From positions 5,828,001-5,892,000 of the forward strand of contig JANJGN010000026.1 in the NCBI GenBank assembly GCA_026770705.1: a stretch of DNA of 64,000 nt, written 5' to 3'. Both the position numbers and the translations under genes were made by a program. Origin of the DNA: Isurus oxyrinchus. Taxonomy: Eukaryota. Every line of letters begins with the position of its first letter. The stretch's first letter is position 1. Below are positions 26,655 through 38,408 of this stretch, piece after piece. The notes below the pieces were generated by a model. It ran no database searches. It saw only the letters and a list, made by a program, of their open reading frames with translations, and was not told where the DNA came from.

Positions 26655-27727
26655 AGCCACAGCGAAAAAGTCAATACCGTACCATGCAGGATAGTGTGTG
26701 GAACTTGCTGGTGATGATGATCGCAAGCCTCCGCTACCCTTGTCCTTCGAGGCCGTGCAGGTCGCAAGTCCGGAGGCTGCAGTCGCAGCGCGCTTGGTGT
26801 TTATTTCCTTAATATCATGTGGACGTTACTGGCAATGCAAGTAATTGTTGCCAATGCTGAATTGCGCTTTGAGGGCTGTCCAGAGGCAACGGCTCTGCTG
26901 TGAGTTGGGATTTTTCATAGTATCAATTTTATTCATAATAAAAACATATTGTTCGATATCTGCTGGATAGGTGTCAGTTTTCATCCCAATTCTTGAATGC
27001 TGTATTCAAAAAATGCAAATGCACGTTATATTTACATGTCAAATCTAGCACACATCGAAGCACCCAGACGAGCTAGTTTTAATTCAATTAAGGCACGCTC
27101 ACAGACTAAACCTATATTTTAAAAGAAGAATATGTCCGAATGATGTTATATTTATTAATAGCTTAATGGCAGCGGTGCCCACTCAATAATCCATTTGGTC
27201 AAATTCTGTTTTGAAAATATATTTTTTCAGTGTTATGCAGCACACATTCCAACCAAATCGAAGGATGATTGCAATTTCAAAACGGTCTCCTTTCATGTAT
27301 TTCTACATTTAAGGGCTGTGTACGCCGCTGACACGGCCAGTATTGTCATTGACCATCCTCAGTTGTCCTTGGAAAAGCCGGGGTGTGCTGCCTTCTTGAA
27401 CCACTGCAGTCCATGTGGTGCAGCCGCACGCACAGTGCTGTTAGGAAGGGAGTGCCACGATTTTGAATCAGCCAGAGCGAATAAGTCAATACCGTACCAT
27501 ACGGGATAGTGTGTGGAACTTGCTGGTGGTCGTGATCCCAAGCCTCCGCTACCCTTAACCTTCGAGGCGGTGCAGGTCGCAAGTACGGAGGCTGCAGTCG
27601 CAGCGCGCTTGGTGTTTATTTCTTTAATATCATGTGGGCGTTACTGGCAATGCAAGTAATTGTTGCCAATGTTGAATTGCGCTTTGAGGACAGTCAAGAG
27701 GCAACGGCACTGCTGTGGGTTGGGATT
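26655..27727 (+). repeat. ~255-bp dispersed direct duplication (26655-26910 and 27470-27727)
   Basis: AAGTCAATACCGTACCAT...GGAGGCTGCAGTCGCAGCGCGCTTGGTGTTTATTTC...GAGGCAACGG occurs twice about 815 bp apart. Both copies span the same LINE/SINE junction. Confidence 0.9.
27290..27600 (-). mobile_element. LINE ORF2 C-terminus and 3' tail
   Basis: ORF 27359..27541(-) SKSWHSLPNSTVRAAAPHGLQWFKKAAH matches the C-terminus seen at 50472..50684. Confidence 0.8.
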
Positions 27728-27975
27728 AAATGTAGGCCAGGCCAGCGAAGGATTGTGGATTTCCTTTTCTAAATGGCATTGGCAAGCCAAACGTTATTTT
27801 ATGAGAATCGACGAATGGTTTCATGATGCCTATTACTGGAGCTACATTTCACTCCAAATGTTATTATTAGTTTGCTGAACTTATTAATTGTACTTAAAAT
27901 CCACTAGCTGGCATGACGACAACATTGGCCTGGACCCCTGGATTTATAATCTAGTGAGATTACTACTACACCACA
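27615..27975 (-). mobile_element. tRNA-derived SINE (elasmobranch type)
   Basis: Reverse complement begins GTGGTGTAGTAGTAATCTCACTAGATTATAAATCCAG (A-box-like head). The body matches the plus-strand copy at 61070-61370. Confidence 0.65.
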
Positions 27976-29229
27976 ATCTTGCTGCAATGCACCTGTTTGA
28001 TCGCAAAACACTACTGTCACTGTGCCTTTGTGGTGAAAGTGGTAGATGCTTAAATGGAGGATGAGGTGCTACTTAAATCAGTTGATTTTTTATCATGGCC
28101 GACTGGTCTAAAATAATGAATTTAGTTTCAAGCATTTAAAAATGAAATTGTCCGAATCTAAGCGCTCGTGGATTTGAACCGTTTCCCTTTCAATGTTTCC
28201 AGAACAATATCTTCAGTGAGGAAGGAAGAGCTGAAATGAATGCAGTGAAGTTTTTCATTTTGGTCGGGATAAAAGGGCAAATACGAGGTAGCATAAAATG
28301 CAAAACTCCATATGAATGCAGGGGCAGAAGGAACAGGTGCCCAAGTGCCAAATTAATTGAAGCTGGTTTTTCTTGGGAAGAAAGTTAAACCAAGCACACG
28401 ATATCCTGGACTGCATAAGTGGGGGCATCGAGTGTAATTGCGTTGAAGTAACGGTAAAAACACAAAAAACATGACGTACGCCTCCCGCCGAGCACTGTCT
28501 CAAGTTCTTGGCATTAACCTTAAGGAAGGCGTAACAGCATTCAAGGGGGTACAGGAATGTTTCACGATTGTGGTTCCTGGGAGACACAACTTCAATTACT
28601 TGCATAAAAAAGCTGCAGCAAGTTACTTTAACATTATCTCCCCGTAATAAATGCATGCATTCTCCTTTTGATTAACCTCCTTTTTTCATATGACTATTCA
28701 TTTTGTCCCAAATTATTATTTCCAGAAGCATCCCCATCGGCAAAATTAAGCTGATTTAGTGGCAATTTGATAACTTTGAAGTGCCACAACAGAAGAAATT
28801 TAGGAACCTATATTAAAACAAAGAACAATACGGAAACAGTCAGTGTGATCGTTGGACATATCTACATTTGCTGGAGTCATATCTGGGGGGAAAGGACGTG
28901 GCATTTGGTGGCCGGTTAGATCAGGCAATGGATATTATTCGAGAAGATTCTGGCTTTATGTCCTCGGATCAGCCCCATCTTCAGGTCCTTTGTTGTTGGA
29001 ACACTGTGACGAAAATGGCACAATATTCCAAGATCAGAGGATATTCAATAAGGATATTCATATGCGGCTAATAGCTATAATTAAAGATCAATGCAGACTA
29101 AAACAGAAAGAAATGGCAGCGGATAGAAGGCAGGGGGTAAAGAGCATGAAACACAATCGGAGATAAGATTGATGGTCAAAGGGCAATGTGCTGAAGCTTC
29201 ACCGCTTCATTATCAGCATTTTTGACAAC

Positions 29230-29740
29230 ACAATAAAAAGTCTGATATAAGGACGCACAACAAGGTTTATTACTTATAACCAGAGAGCTTAAACAAGAGG
29301 TAAGGATGGGATAACGTTTGCTGCAGTTATTTAATTAAAAAAAGGAAAAAAAAACTCTGGAGATACCACTTCCAGGTTATTGGGTGCATTTCTCAGCATT
29401 GCCTCTTAGAAAGAATACATAGGCCGTGGATGAATTCCCAGGATGTTAACAGGATTCCAAAGGTTAAAATATGAGAAACGAGAACACACGCCAGACTCCT
29501 TAACGATTGAACATGAAAGTTTTAAGCGGAAATTGATTGTGGCTCTCAGGATCTTTAAAGGAAATGAAGTTTAGTGGAACCGTGTTCCTTTGATGGGAGA
29601 GCATTGGACATGCGGCAAAACATACTTATAGTTACAGCCGGAGGATTGATAAAAGGAGGGAAATAATTATTCATGCAAAGAGCGGCAAAGTGTAAACGGA
29701 TCAACAATGCAAAAACTAAAACGATTTATCTCTTTATTTA
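29230..29740 (+). mobile_element. Decayed CR1 LINE 3' ORF2 fragment
   Basis: Degenerate CR1 post-RT C-terminal sequence, collinear by eye with 52300-52750. Confidence 0.5.
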
Positions 29741-29809
29741 ACATCAGATGGAGAGAGCTTTGGAGAGAGGGGGAGGGGGCGAAATATATCGAGTTAAGGC
29801 AAGTGTTTT

Positions 29810-30010
29810 TTTTTAAATCATTTCTAGAATGTGGGCTTCGTGGACTACGCCAGCACTGATTGCGCGTCCCTAACTGCCCTTTGGAGGTTCGCTGCCTTCC
29901 CGAACCGTTGCAATCCCTGTAGTACAGCTGCACCCAGAGTGATGCTTGATGGGTGTTCCAGAACTTTGCACCAGCGACAGTGCAGGGACAACAGTGAAAG
30001 GTTGAATGAG
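29810..30010 (-). mobile_element. LINE 3' end fragment
   Basis: Minus-strand peptides VAGAKFWNT and GLQRFGKAA followed by an A-rich tail; same family as 50530-50697. Confidence 0.7.
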
Positions 30011-31599
30011 GATACAGGTCGATCATGATAAGGATGAACAGCACAACAGCGTCGATGGGCTGAAAGAAAGATTCGTTTTTCACTCTCTTCCGAAACGACG
30101 TTTAGCAAACTGACTTCCCTCTTTCTTTTCGTTTCAATCCACAGATCCCCACAACTGTCTCTTCAACACATGAACGGACCTTACGCTATATTGCGCTATA
30201 AGAGAAATGTTGATTTTACAGCCGCATTACTGAATCGATGCTGCATACATGACCATATAATCGTAATACTGAAACTGTGACACAATAGGCTGAACGCTCT
30301 ATTCACCAGGCTTACGGTACGGCTGATCTGGGATCCGCTATATGTATGCTCTCTAACAAATACCCTGTGCTTCTACTCAAAATGTCGATTATAAAACAAG
30401 AACTGATATTATACACAAAATATTGATGGGATTACAAACATGCTGACCCGATGCCCATATCCATATTCCTAAAGCCCATAGAGAGATCATATAACCAAAG
30501 TTACTTCCCACAAATCGTTGCCTACAACAGATTATTGGCCTATTCCAGTTGCAAATTCATATTTCACAATTCCAATGTTTTAGAATATAACTTTTAGTCC
30601 CAGGAATTAATTCGTTCAGTGTATGATTAGTGGAAAATGTAACATGTGTTTATCTTACAAACCATCGTCGGAGGTGACTATACTTATAAAAAAGGGTGAC
30701 CCACCCCGGGAATTCTTGATGGAACCAGCGCTTCTGGAGAGAGGGAACTTATGTCATTTGGAGGCACAACTTATTTATCTGTGTTTCATAACCAAAGAGT
30801 CGTGTTGAAGGTAAGATTATTGGTGAATGCTTATGTTGGAGAAATCCAGCAGTATGCCACATTATCACAGTGATGTGTGTGGGATTGCTTTGCTTAATTT
30901 ATGTGTGTGTGTGCGTTTGTTCATAGAAAGATCCATGAAGCAATCAGCCAGCTTCCAACAGGCATATAGAAAGCATGTTCCATGAGCAGTAAATCAGCTG
31001 TGAGATGAACAGCTGTAGAGAAGCTTCGGGAGAATGGAAGTTATTCGTTTCGAGGAGGTGTACCTGAAGTTTAAACCCCGAAGCAAGAAGGCAGCTAGGA
31101 AGAAGCAGAAACTGCGGGGACCACGATCATGAAGTATTTAAATAAAATTGGAAAATCGCTTCGGCAAAATCTCATGGAGAAGTCGCCAAGAATTTTCATA
31201 CCTCAGAGAATTTCATCAAAACTGAGGACAACGAAAGTGAATTTCGGCTGGCTGTGGCTTACCTTGAGTAAGCCCTCACATAAATGAATGGCCTCGACCA
31301 AAAAAACTCTTCTTGGGAAGTAACAAGTAAACCTGTATTTCAGCAAAATTCTTTATAGAGTATTGACTTAGTGGGACTTAATTTGTTACGTTTTTTATAG
31401 AACAAAGTGCGTTTTCGTGTTTATAAACGTGAATTTTAGTGGAATAGATCTTTAAAGTAAGCACGTGGTTTTAGAATTTCACTTTAATTCTAAACTGTCC
31501 CTAATAGGCTCCTACAAAACCCCTGAACAGGTATCAAAGAATCACAGTTCCAACATCATACCACCCATGGGCAGAGCATATTGCATTGCAAATCTAGCT

Positions 31600-32700
31600 G
31601 AGGAACATTGGAACATAGGATCAGGTGTAGGCCATTCAACTCCCGCGAGACTGCTCTACCATGAAACTAGGTCACGGCTGACCACCTGCTTCAACGCCAT
31701 TTTCGCTCTCTATTCCCTTAAACCATGGTGTAATCAATGTCCAGAAATCTATCGATACCTCTTTTGAACATTCCTGTGACTGAAATTCCACAGCCATTTT
31801 GGGCAGTGAATTCTAAAGCTTCCAAACCCTTTGAATGAAGAAGATTCTCTTATCTGAGTCAAAAATGATTAGCTCTTTATTCTGAGACCGTGTTCACTAG
31901 TTCTTGATCCCACCAGCATGGGAAACTCCCTTTCCACATTCAATTATTTTTTAACACCTTGAGAATTCTGTAGGTTTCAATGACATCAATTTTCTTGCTT
32001 CTAATGTTATGAGAAGAGAGAACCAGTTTCCTGGATATCCCTTCAGAGACCAGTCCTGCCATCCCATAAATAAATCTGGTAAACCTCCGCTCTTTTCTCG
32101 CTACGGCAAGCGTAAGGAGACAAAAGCTATACACAATACTCCAGCTATGGCTAAACAAGGTTATGCAAAATTGAAGCAAAACTTGTTTACTCTTGCACGC
32201 AAACCCTTTTGTGATAAATGCCAACATATCCTTTGCCTTCCTAACTGATTGCTGCATGTTAGCTTTCAGTGACTTATGGATAATGACACGCGGGGCCATT
32301 TGGACATCAACACTTCCAAATTTCTGATCAGTTATGAAGTGCGCTCTGCATCTGTTTTTCCTACCACATTGGATAATCTGACCTGTATGGACAGTATATT
32401 CATTATTTCTGGTGCTTGCCAAGTCACTTGGGCCTGTCGAAACAGGCTTGAATCTTCTTTGCAACCTTCTCACAATTCGCATTCCCAACTAACTTTGTAC
32501 CATCAGCAAACTTTGAGATTAAACATTTAGTCCTCACATCCAAATCATTGGTATATATTGTGAATAGGTGGGACCAAGTACTGACCCTTGCATTCCACCA
32601 CAAGTCACAACCTGCCAGTCTGGGAATGAGGCAAATATTCCGTTTGTTGCTTTCATTCCATTAACCAATCCTCAATCCATGAAATTATGTGACCCCCTAT
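31600..32700 (-). mobile_element. CR1 LINE, 3' portion of ORF2 plus 3' UTR
   Basis: ORF 31940..32488(-) VIIHKSLKANMQQSVRKAKDMLAFITKG...RRFTRFIYGMAGL...DVIETYRILK; QGSVLGP at ~32570-32590; CR1-type 3' end near 31610. Confidence 0.85.
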
Positions 32701-33199
32701 ATCAGGGGTGTTTTGAAAAGTTATTTATCCCTTGGCTGAGGGCCGGTTGGGGTGTGTGTGTCTATGTCGGGTAGGGCGTTGTTAATTAATGGGGAAAGTT
32801 TGGATAGTTTAGGACGGTATCTTTCAGAGACAAACTATTGTGAGGAGTTCTTATTGAAACATATATGATGCTGAGGGGATTTCACAGGCTGAATGCTGGA
32901 AGGACGTCCCCCTCCTCCAACTAACACCTCACCCCCGTTTTACAGCATAAAGATAAGGGACTACGATTACATTTAATGGGTCTCTATTTTAAGAGGGAGA
33001 TGAGGAGAATTTTCCCTCAGAGAGTCGGAAGCCTTTGGAACTGACTTCGCTGAACAGGGGTCGAGGCAGTGTATTTGAATATCGCATCCCTTTTTACGAG
33101 ATTCCAGGTCCGAAGTCCCAAAATTTCTCTCTCCTTCCTTTCTTCAATAGTAGGGTCACACAAGGAAACATCTTATCTGCAAATACAGTTCGAGAATGT

Positions 33200-34320
33200 A
33201 TAGAAGCGAAAGGGTCAGTACCATGGCATCAACTATCTCTATAGCTGCTTCTTTAAACACCCTGGGATGTAGATCGTTAGGTCCCGGGGATATGTAGAAA
33301 TTCTATTCCACTAGTTCATCAAATACTATTCTTTCACAAATAGTTACTTCCTTCAGTTCCTGATTTTGACTGCCCATTTGGTTCCCTATTACTCCTGAGG
33401 GATTTCTTGTGATTTCCGCTGTGACGACATTGATAATGTAATTATTTATCTCCTCTACCATTTCCATGTGCTGCATGATACATTTTCCTGACTGCCTGTA
33501 ATGCAACCGCATCAGTCCTTGTGAAACATTTAATCTTATCAGACCTATAGAAACTGTTAGTCCATTCTTATTTTTCTTGTTGGTTTGTATTCATATTCTA
33601 TTCTCCCATCCTTGACTAGTTTATTGGTCCTCTTTTGGTGAATTCTAAAATGCTCCAAACTCAGTGGCTTGCTGCTTTTTTTTGGCAGATATATAAGTCC
33701 TTCTTTCATCTCATACTTTCATAACTTCCACTGTTAGTCATAGATGATTCACATTTTGTTTTAGGTTTTTTGCGCCTTTGGGGATTGTTTTGCTTTGTAA
33801 AGTATGTGTTAGGCATTTAAGTAATAGACATTGCTTGCCTACTGTCATTTACCTTCTAATGTGTTGTCCTCATCCATCACAGGAAAGGTGTCCCCAATAC
33901 CATGATTGTTTCCTTTGATTTGAATAATATTCTTGTTTTAGATTAAACATGGTTGTTGTCAAACGTAATGAACAATCTTCATACAATAGTCAGTCTTTCC
34001 TAAGGGTTCTTTCACAACAAAGTTATTAATTATCCCTCTCTCATTGGACAAAGCTACACCTAAAGTTACCTGTTTGCTTCCTCAACACCCTGCTCTCGTG
34101 CTTGTTACAGTGAATCTTCCAAGGCAATAGTGTTCATTGGGACAACCCAGTCGATAAATTGATTTAAATCTCCCTCTTCTTTTCTGATTTTCACAGTGTC
34201 CTAAAATCATTTGCTTACCTATAAACAACGCATACTTCAAGTTTCGGTCCTTGCTGTCTATTATCGCGACCCAAAGGGATACGACATCTTGTTCATCTGA
34301 CCTAAGATCCTCAGTCACTA
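33200..34320 (-). mobile_element. CR1 LINE ORF2 middle fragment
   Basis: SPGPNDLHPRVFKE-like motif at ~33250-33295(-), with linker and endonuclease-like sequence further upstream. Confidence 0.65.
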
Positions 34321-35609
34321 ACATAGTGCCTCACCCTTTTTAATCTGCATGTCCGACCTCTTTATTACGTTTAAACCTGCCCATCACAAATTTAGAGCAT
34401 CCATGAGTATGTTCTTTTTCTCCTGTGTGATGACTTTATTGCATTACAGCCCATACTCTCAACTGCTTCATCTCCAACGGTATTCAGTCATGGCCTATAA
34501 ATATAATCAATTTGTAGCAATTTAGAAAAAGTTGATGCTTATAAATAATGAAGCTGCGAATAAAGTTTCTGTCAACTTGAAATGAACAGAAAGTTGGAAG
34601 TTGCAGAATTGAAGAAAAAAAGGGGCAATGGAGAAAGTGAGAGGGAGAGAGAGAGCTTCAGATGGAGAGAGAAACACTTTGAAGGAGAAATATAAGGGAA
34701 ACGGTTAAAGGAACTGAACAACGTTTGAGAATTTCATTGGCCAGCAATTTAGTCCGTATATCACTGGCGTAAAAGAGTGGAATTCCTAAACACAAAAAGT
34801 CAGGTGCGGCTATTTAGAAAGAATGTTGGTAGCGGAAAAAAAGACTACGATGAAACATGGTGATTAGTTGCATTAATGTTCCTGGAGTCCTGAAAGATTT
34901 GTCAAAACTAGATATCACCATCAATACTATGAGGAAATTGGATTATATAACTTGGCCGGCAGTTAGTTATAAAAAGTCATCCATTTCAGTCATGCAATCC
35001 CAAAGTAAATGCATCAAATCAAAAACAATATGTAACTATGGGAAGCACTACTCTAGGCAGTTTATCACCATTAGGTCAAAAATGGACGAACGCAGTGTTT
35101 AATCTTTATAGAAGATATCAACTGTGCACTCAAAGAAAACCTATAAAAATTAACTTCAGACTCTTCCTGGACCGGCCTGCCAATCAGCAAGGCCAAAATT
35201 TCCGGGATGAAAAAGTAAATGTGCCCATTGGTCCCACCCAGTTTTCCAGAGGGAATTCAGAATCAATACGAAGGTGTGGGATTGGATTTATAAGTAGACT
35301 GGGCTAGGGACAGTTGGAAAATTCAATTACCTGAATGACAGGAAGAAATTAGGCGGGTTCATGCAGAACCGCGGTGAGTCTTCAGGGATGTGCTGGCTGG
35401 CACTCAAAAATAAGCAGAATTTAATTACATTCAAATTCACAACTCCCTACTGTGGCATTGGAAATCTTTGTAGTGATCCCAGTATCATACCAAAAGATCA
35501 CAATACACGCTGGTCAGGCACAATTAAATTCATGAACGTAAAGAGGGAAAATAGAATTGAACAAGCAGTGTACACATCGGCCGAATGCTGACTAAACTTT
35601 ATGTTCTTC

Positions 35610-35615
35610 TTTATT
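35610..35615 (-). other. Candidate polyadenylation signal of the GPCR gene
   Basis: AATAAA on the minus strand about 50 nt after the stop codon. Confidence 0.5.
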
Positions 35616-35664
35616 GTAATTAGAAACAGCAGCAGAATTATTGTAATAATTCATACAGCTATAT

Positions 35665-38341
35665 TCACTGTTTACGCCATTTCTTAATTAGATTTATAGC
35701 ATATTTAACTGCGTCCTTCAACTCTCCCCTGAATTTACTCTGGGTCCCTGCATAAATACACGGATTGGTGCAGGAACTCAAGAGTTGAAGCATGTACCCG
35801 CTTTCCTGCAGAATAAATTTCGGGTCATTGGAATTAGAACCTATTGAATAGTTATTGACTGTAATTTGTACAAATAGGAAATTTACAACATATGTCAACC
35901 AAAGCAGAAGGAAACTACCAGAAATGGTGAAGAGTAAAATGATGGACTTTCTGCGGTTCTCCATCTCTGGGTCGCTCTGATTATGTCCATTGTTTTGGGC
36001 TCGGAGTCTCCCCCGGGCTCGACTGGCTGATAGAATATGTCTGGCAGTCAGTACATTGAGCAGAAAAATCAGGATGAAAGGGAGACATGGAGTTAGAATA
36101 CGGTCCAGACAGTCAAACACCGTCCATGGGACGGAAATATGAGTGATTTCCCTAATTCTGCAGTGCCACGGTACATTATTGATGACATACATAGGGTCAT
36201 ATATGAAGTAAAAAGGGGCGTTTTTAAAGCAGAACAGCACACAGACCATTCCACTAACCACAGCTGCTGTTTCATGAGTGCAGTATTTCAATTTCAGCTT
36301 CTTGGAGCAAATGGCCATGAAGCGATCGAAGGTGAACGCAACCGTTAACCAGACAGAACTGTCTCTGGAAGTGCAGCTGAGGACAATTATCAGGCTGCAG
36401 GCAGGGGTAGTGGAAAGGAAACTCAGTGGGAAATAGATAGCGCGAAGCCGGCTTAATATCACAGCATTGATAATGACAAAGAGATCCGTCACCGCCATGG
36501 ATACCAGATAATAAGTGGTACATTTGGACAGACCGCACCTTCCTCGGGGTAGGATCACAATCGTCAATAGGTTAGCTGTAAGACATAGAGAAGGTCGGAG
36601 TTCGTAATCAGACACACAGTTACAACATCACTTTGGCGGCAATCAACACTGAAATTGATTGTTTTATCAATGCATTGCTCTTTATTCAACGAAGCAGATG
36701 ACTGTTTCAAATAAAACTGGAATGCGAAGCATAAAGGAAACGTAGCATTTCTTTCTTTTTGATTCATGCACATTTTATATATTAGAGAAGTAGAAGGAAC
36801 ATAATTCATATAGGTGTTAATGGACGAAATAACAACGTTAAAATAGAAGTAATTATAATAAAATACAACGTGTTGATTCATAATAAACCATAGTAAATGA
36901 TCACAATAAGAACTACAGAAGAACAGGAATAAAAGTAGAATGAAGCGAATGATATGAAGCAATATATGGTTAATAAGAAGGTTTTAATAAATATCGTTAA
37001 GGTTCATGGTTGAGGACATGAAAAACTTTCACCAATAATATTGGTTGAATGCGGATTCTACTCCTGTGGAAAGAAGTCAAGGAGAATCGGCGGTTTCTTT
37101 GCAGTACGCTAATGTACATTAATGGGAGCTGTTATCGGCAGCGAGATCCTGCTACAGTGGGGAGGGAGATTAGAAATTTCTCTGCATTTGATTCTGATAT
37201 ATACACTGGTTGATTGTTGTTTATGGGTTACAGACAGAAACATCTGATCTTCTAACAGTGATACCAGTTTCCTGTAATCGAAAAAGAGAACGACATCCAC
37301 TCAACTTTTCCTCAGACGGACGGCCGGCCTGACGGTCTTGCAGTTCTCCAGCAATGCACCGGGAGTACGGAGCTTGATTACAGACTCGGTATCTGGAACG
37401 GAGCTCAAACATACCGCCTTGTGATGAGGTTGCAGAATTTGCCCATACTTTTCAGGGAAACAAAGTGACTGAGTATGTGAGGAATGAGTTTCGCCTCTGA
37501 AAGATCGCATACAGCCTGGTAAATAACTTACATTTATCGGTAGAGTTGCTGAAGCAGTTAAAGATAATCGAGGATATCAGGGTCTATTCATTGTCTTCAG
37601 AAAAGTTCATTGATTATAATGTTATTATAACGTCGCTCCATGCAATATTAGCAACTACAAAAATGAGAAGTGTAAATAAAAAATTATGCAAATGCTCAAC
37701 ATTTTAAAAGGAGCTTCTTTCAAGATGGAAACAATATCAGAAAGGAAATGGTCATATCAGCCAGGTCCTGAAATTCAAACCTAGTTTAAAACCCCTGTAC
37801 ACATACTGCATCACATTGTCAAAAATATTAACACCATGGCTTTAAATATTTCTTGCTGCATTTCTATCACCTATAGCTATCTGTACCATTCACATGTAAG
37901 GAAAGTGGGCATTAAAAATCGCCAAATCAAGAGGAATATCCATGGAATTCTGAGGAGTGAATATAATTATGCAGCTCCAGAGCAGTTTTTAGATGTGGAT
38001 GTATTTTAACACGTCTTGAACATGCAACAGCATGTTTTAAAACACAATTTACTTGCTATAATACACAGAAAAATTACATCCAAACTGAATTCCTAATTAT
38101 CGAGACGCAGAAAGCAGGCAGTGGAGAGTATTGGTATTGCAGCAATGGAAGACAATGTTCATAAGGCAGTTGAGAGAAACAGCGTGAATTCTGTGGTAAG
38201 CAATCAGCAACTCATAGATAGCACAGTTAAGGACTGATTTCTCCAGTTATTCATTTTCGGCAAAAGTTTACCTGGAACACCGAAAGCTGCAAGTACAGAA
38301 TAATAAATGGCGAATGCTGGTACATTTCCTAGAGCATGCAT
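35665..38341 (-). CDS. Intact GPR139/GPR142-like rhodopsin-class GPCR, 326 aa, two exons: 38341-38272 and 36575-35665
   Basis: Exon 1 MHALGNVPAFAIYYSVLAAFGVP + G|GTAAAC joins in phase 1 to acceptor ttacag|CT AAC, giving ...GVPANLLTIVIL. Seven hydrophobic segments, TM2 MAVTD, TM3 FTFDRF, TM7 TNPCIY; no stops. The ORF-track start at 36615 is intronic. Confidence 0.92.
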
Positions 38342-38402
38342 TTTTTAAAGGTTAATATGCTGGTGTCCTCGCCCCTCTGATTTAAGCTGCGTGGCACACT
38401 CA

Positions 38403-38408
38403 TTTATA
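38403..38408 (-). promoter_or_regulatory. Candidate TATA box of the intact GPCR gene
   Basis: TATAAA on the minus strand about 62 nt upstream of the ATG at 38341. Confidence 0.45.

Noticed and set aside
28255-28656. 133-aa ORF beginning MH.. as a third GPCR exon 1
   Set aside because: Lacks the IYY...GVP|GT signature and has no recognisable homology.
36576-36615. ORF-track N-terminus MSDYELRPSLCLT for the GPCR
   Set aside because: Non-ATG start within the intron's acceptor region; the real exon 1 is at 38272-38341.
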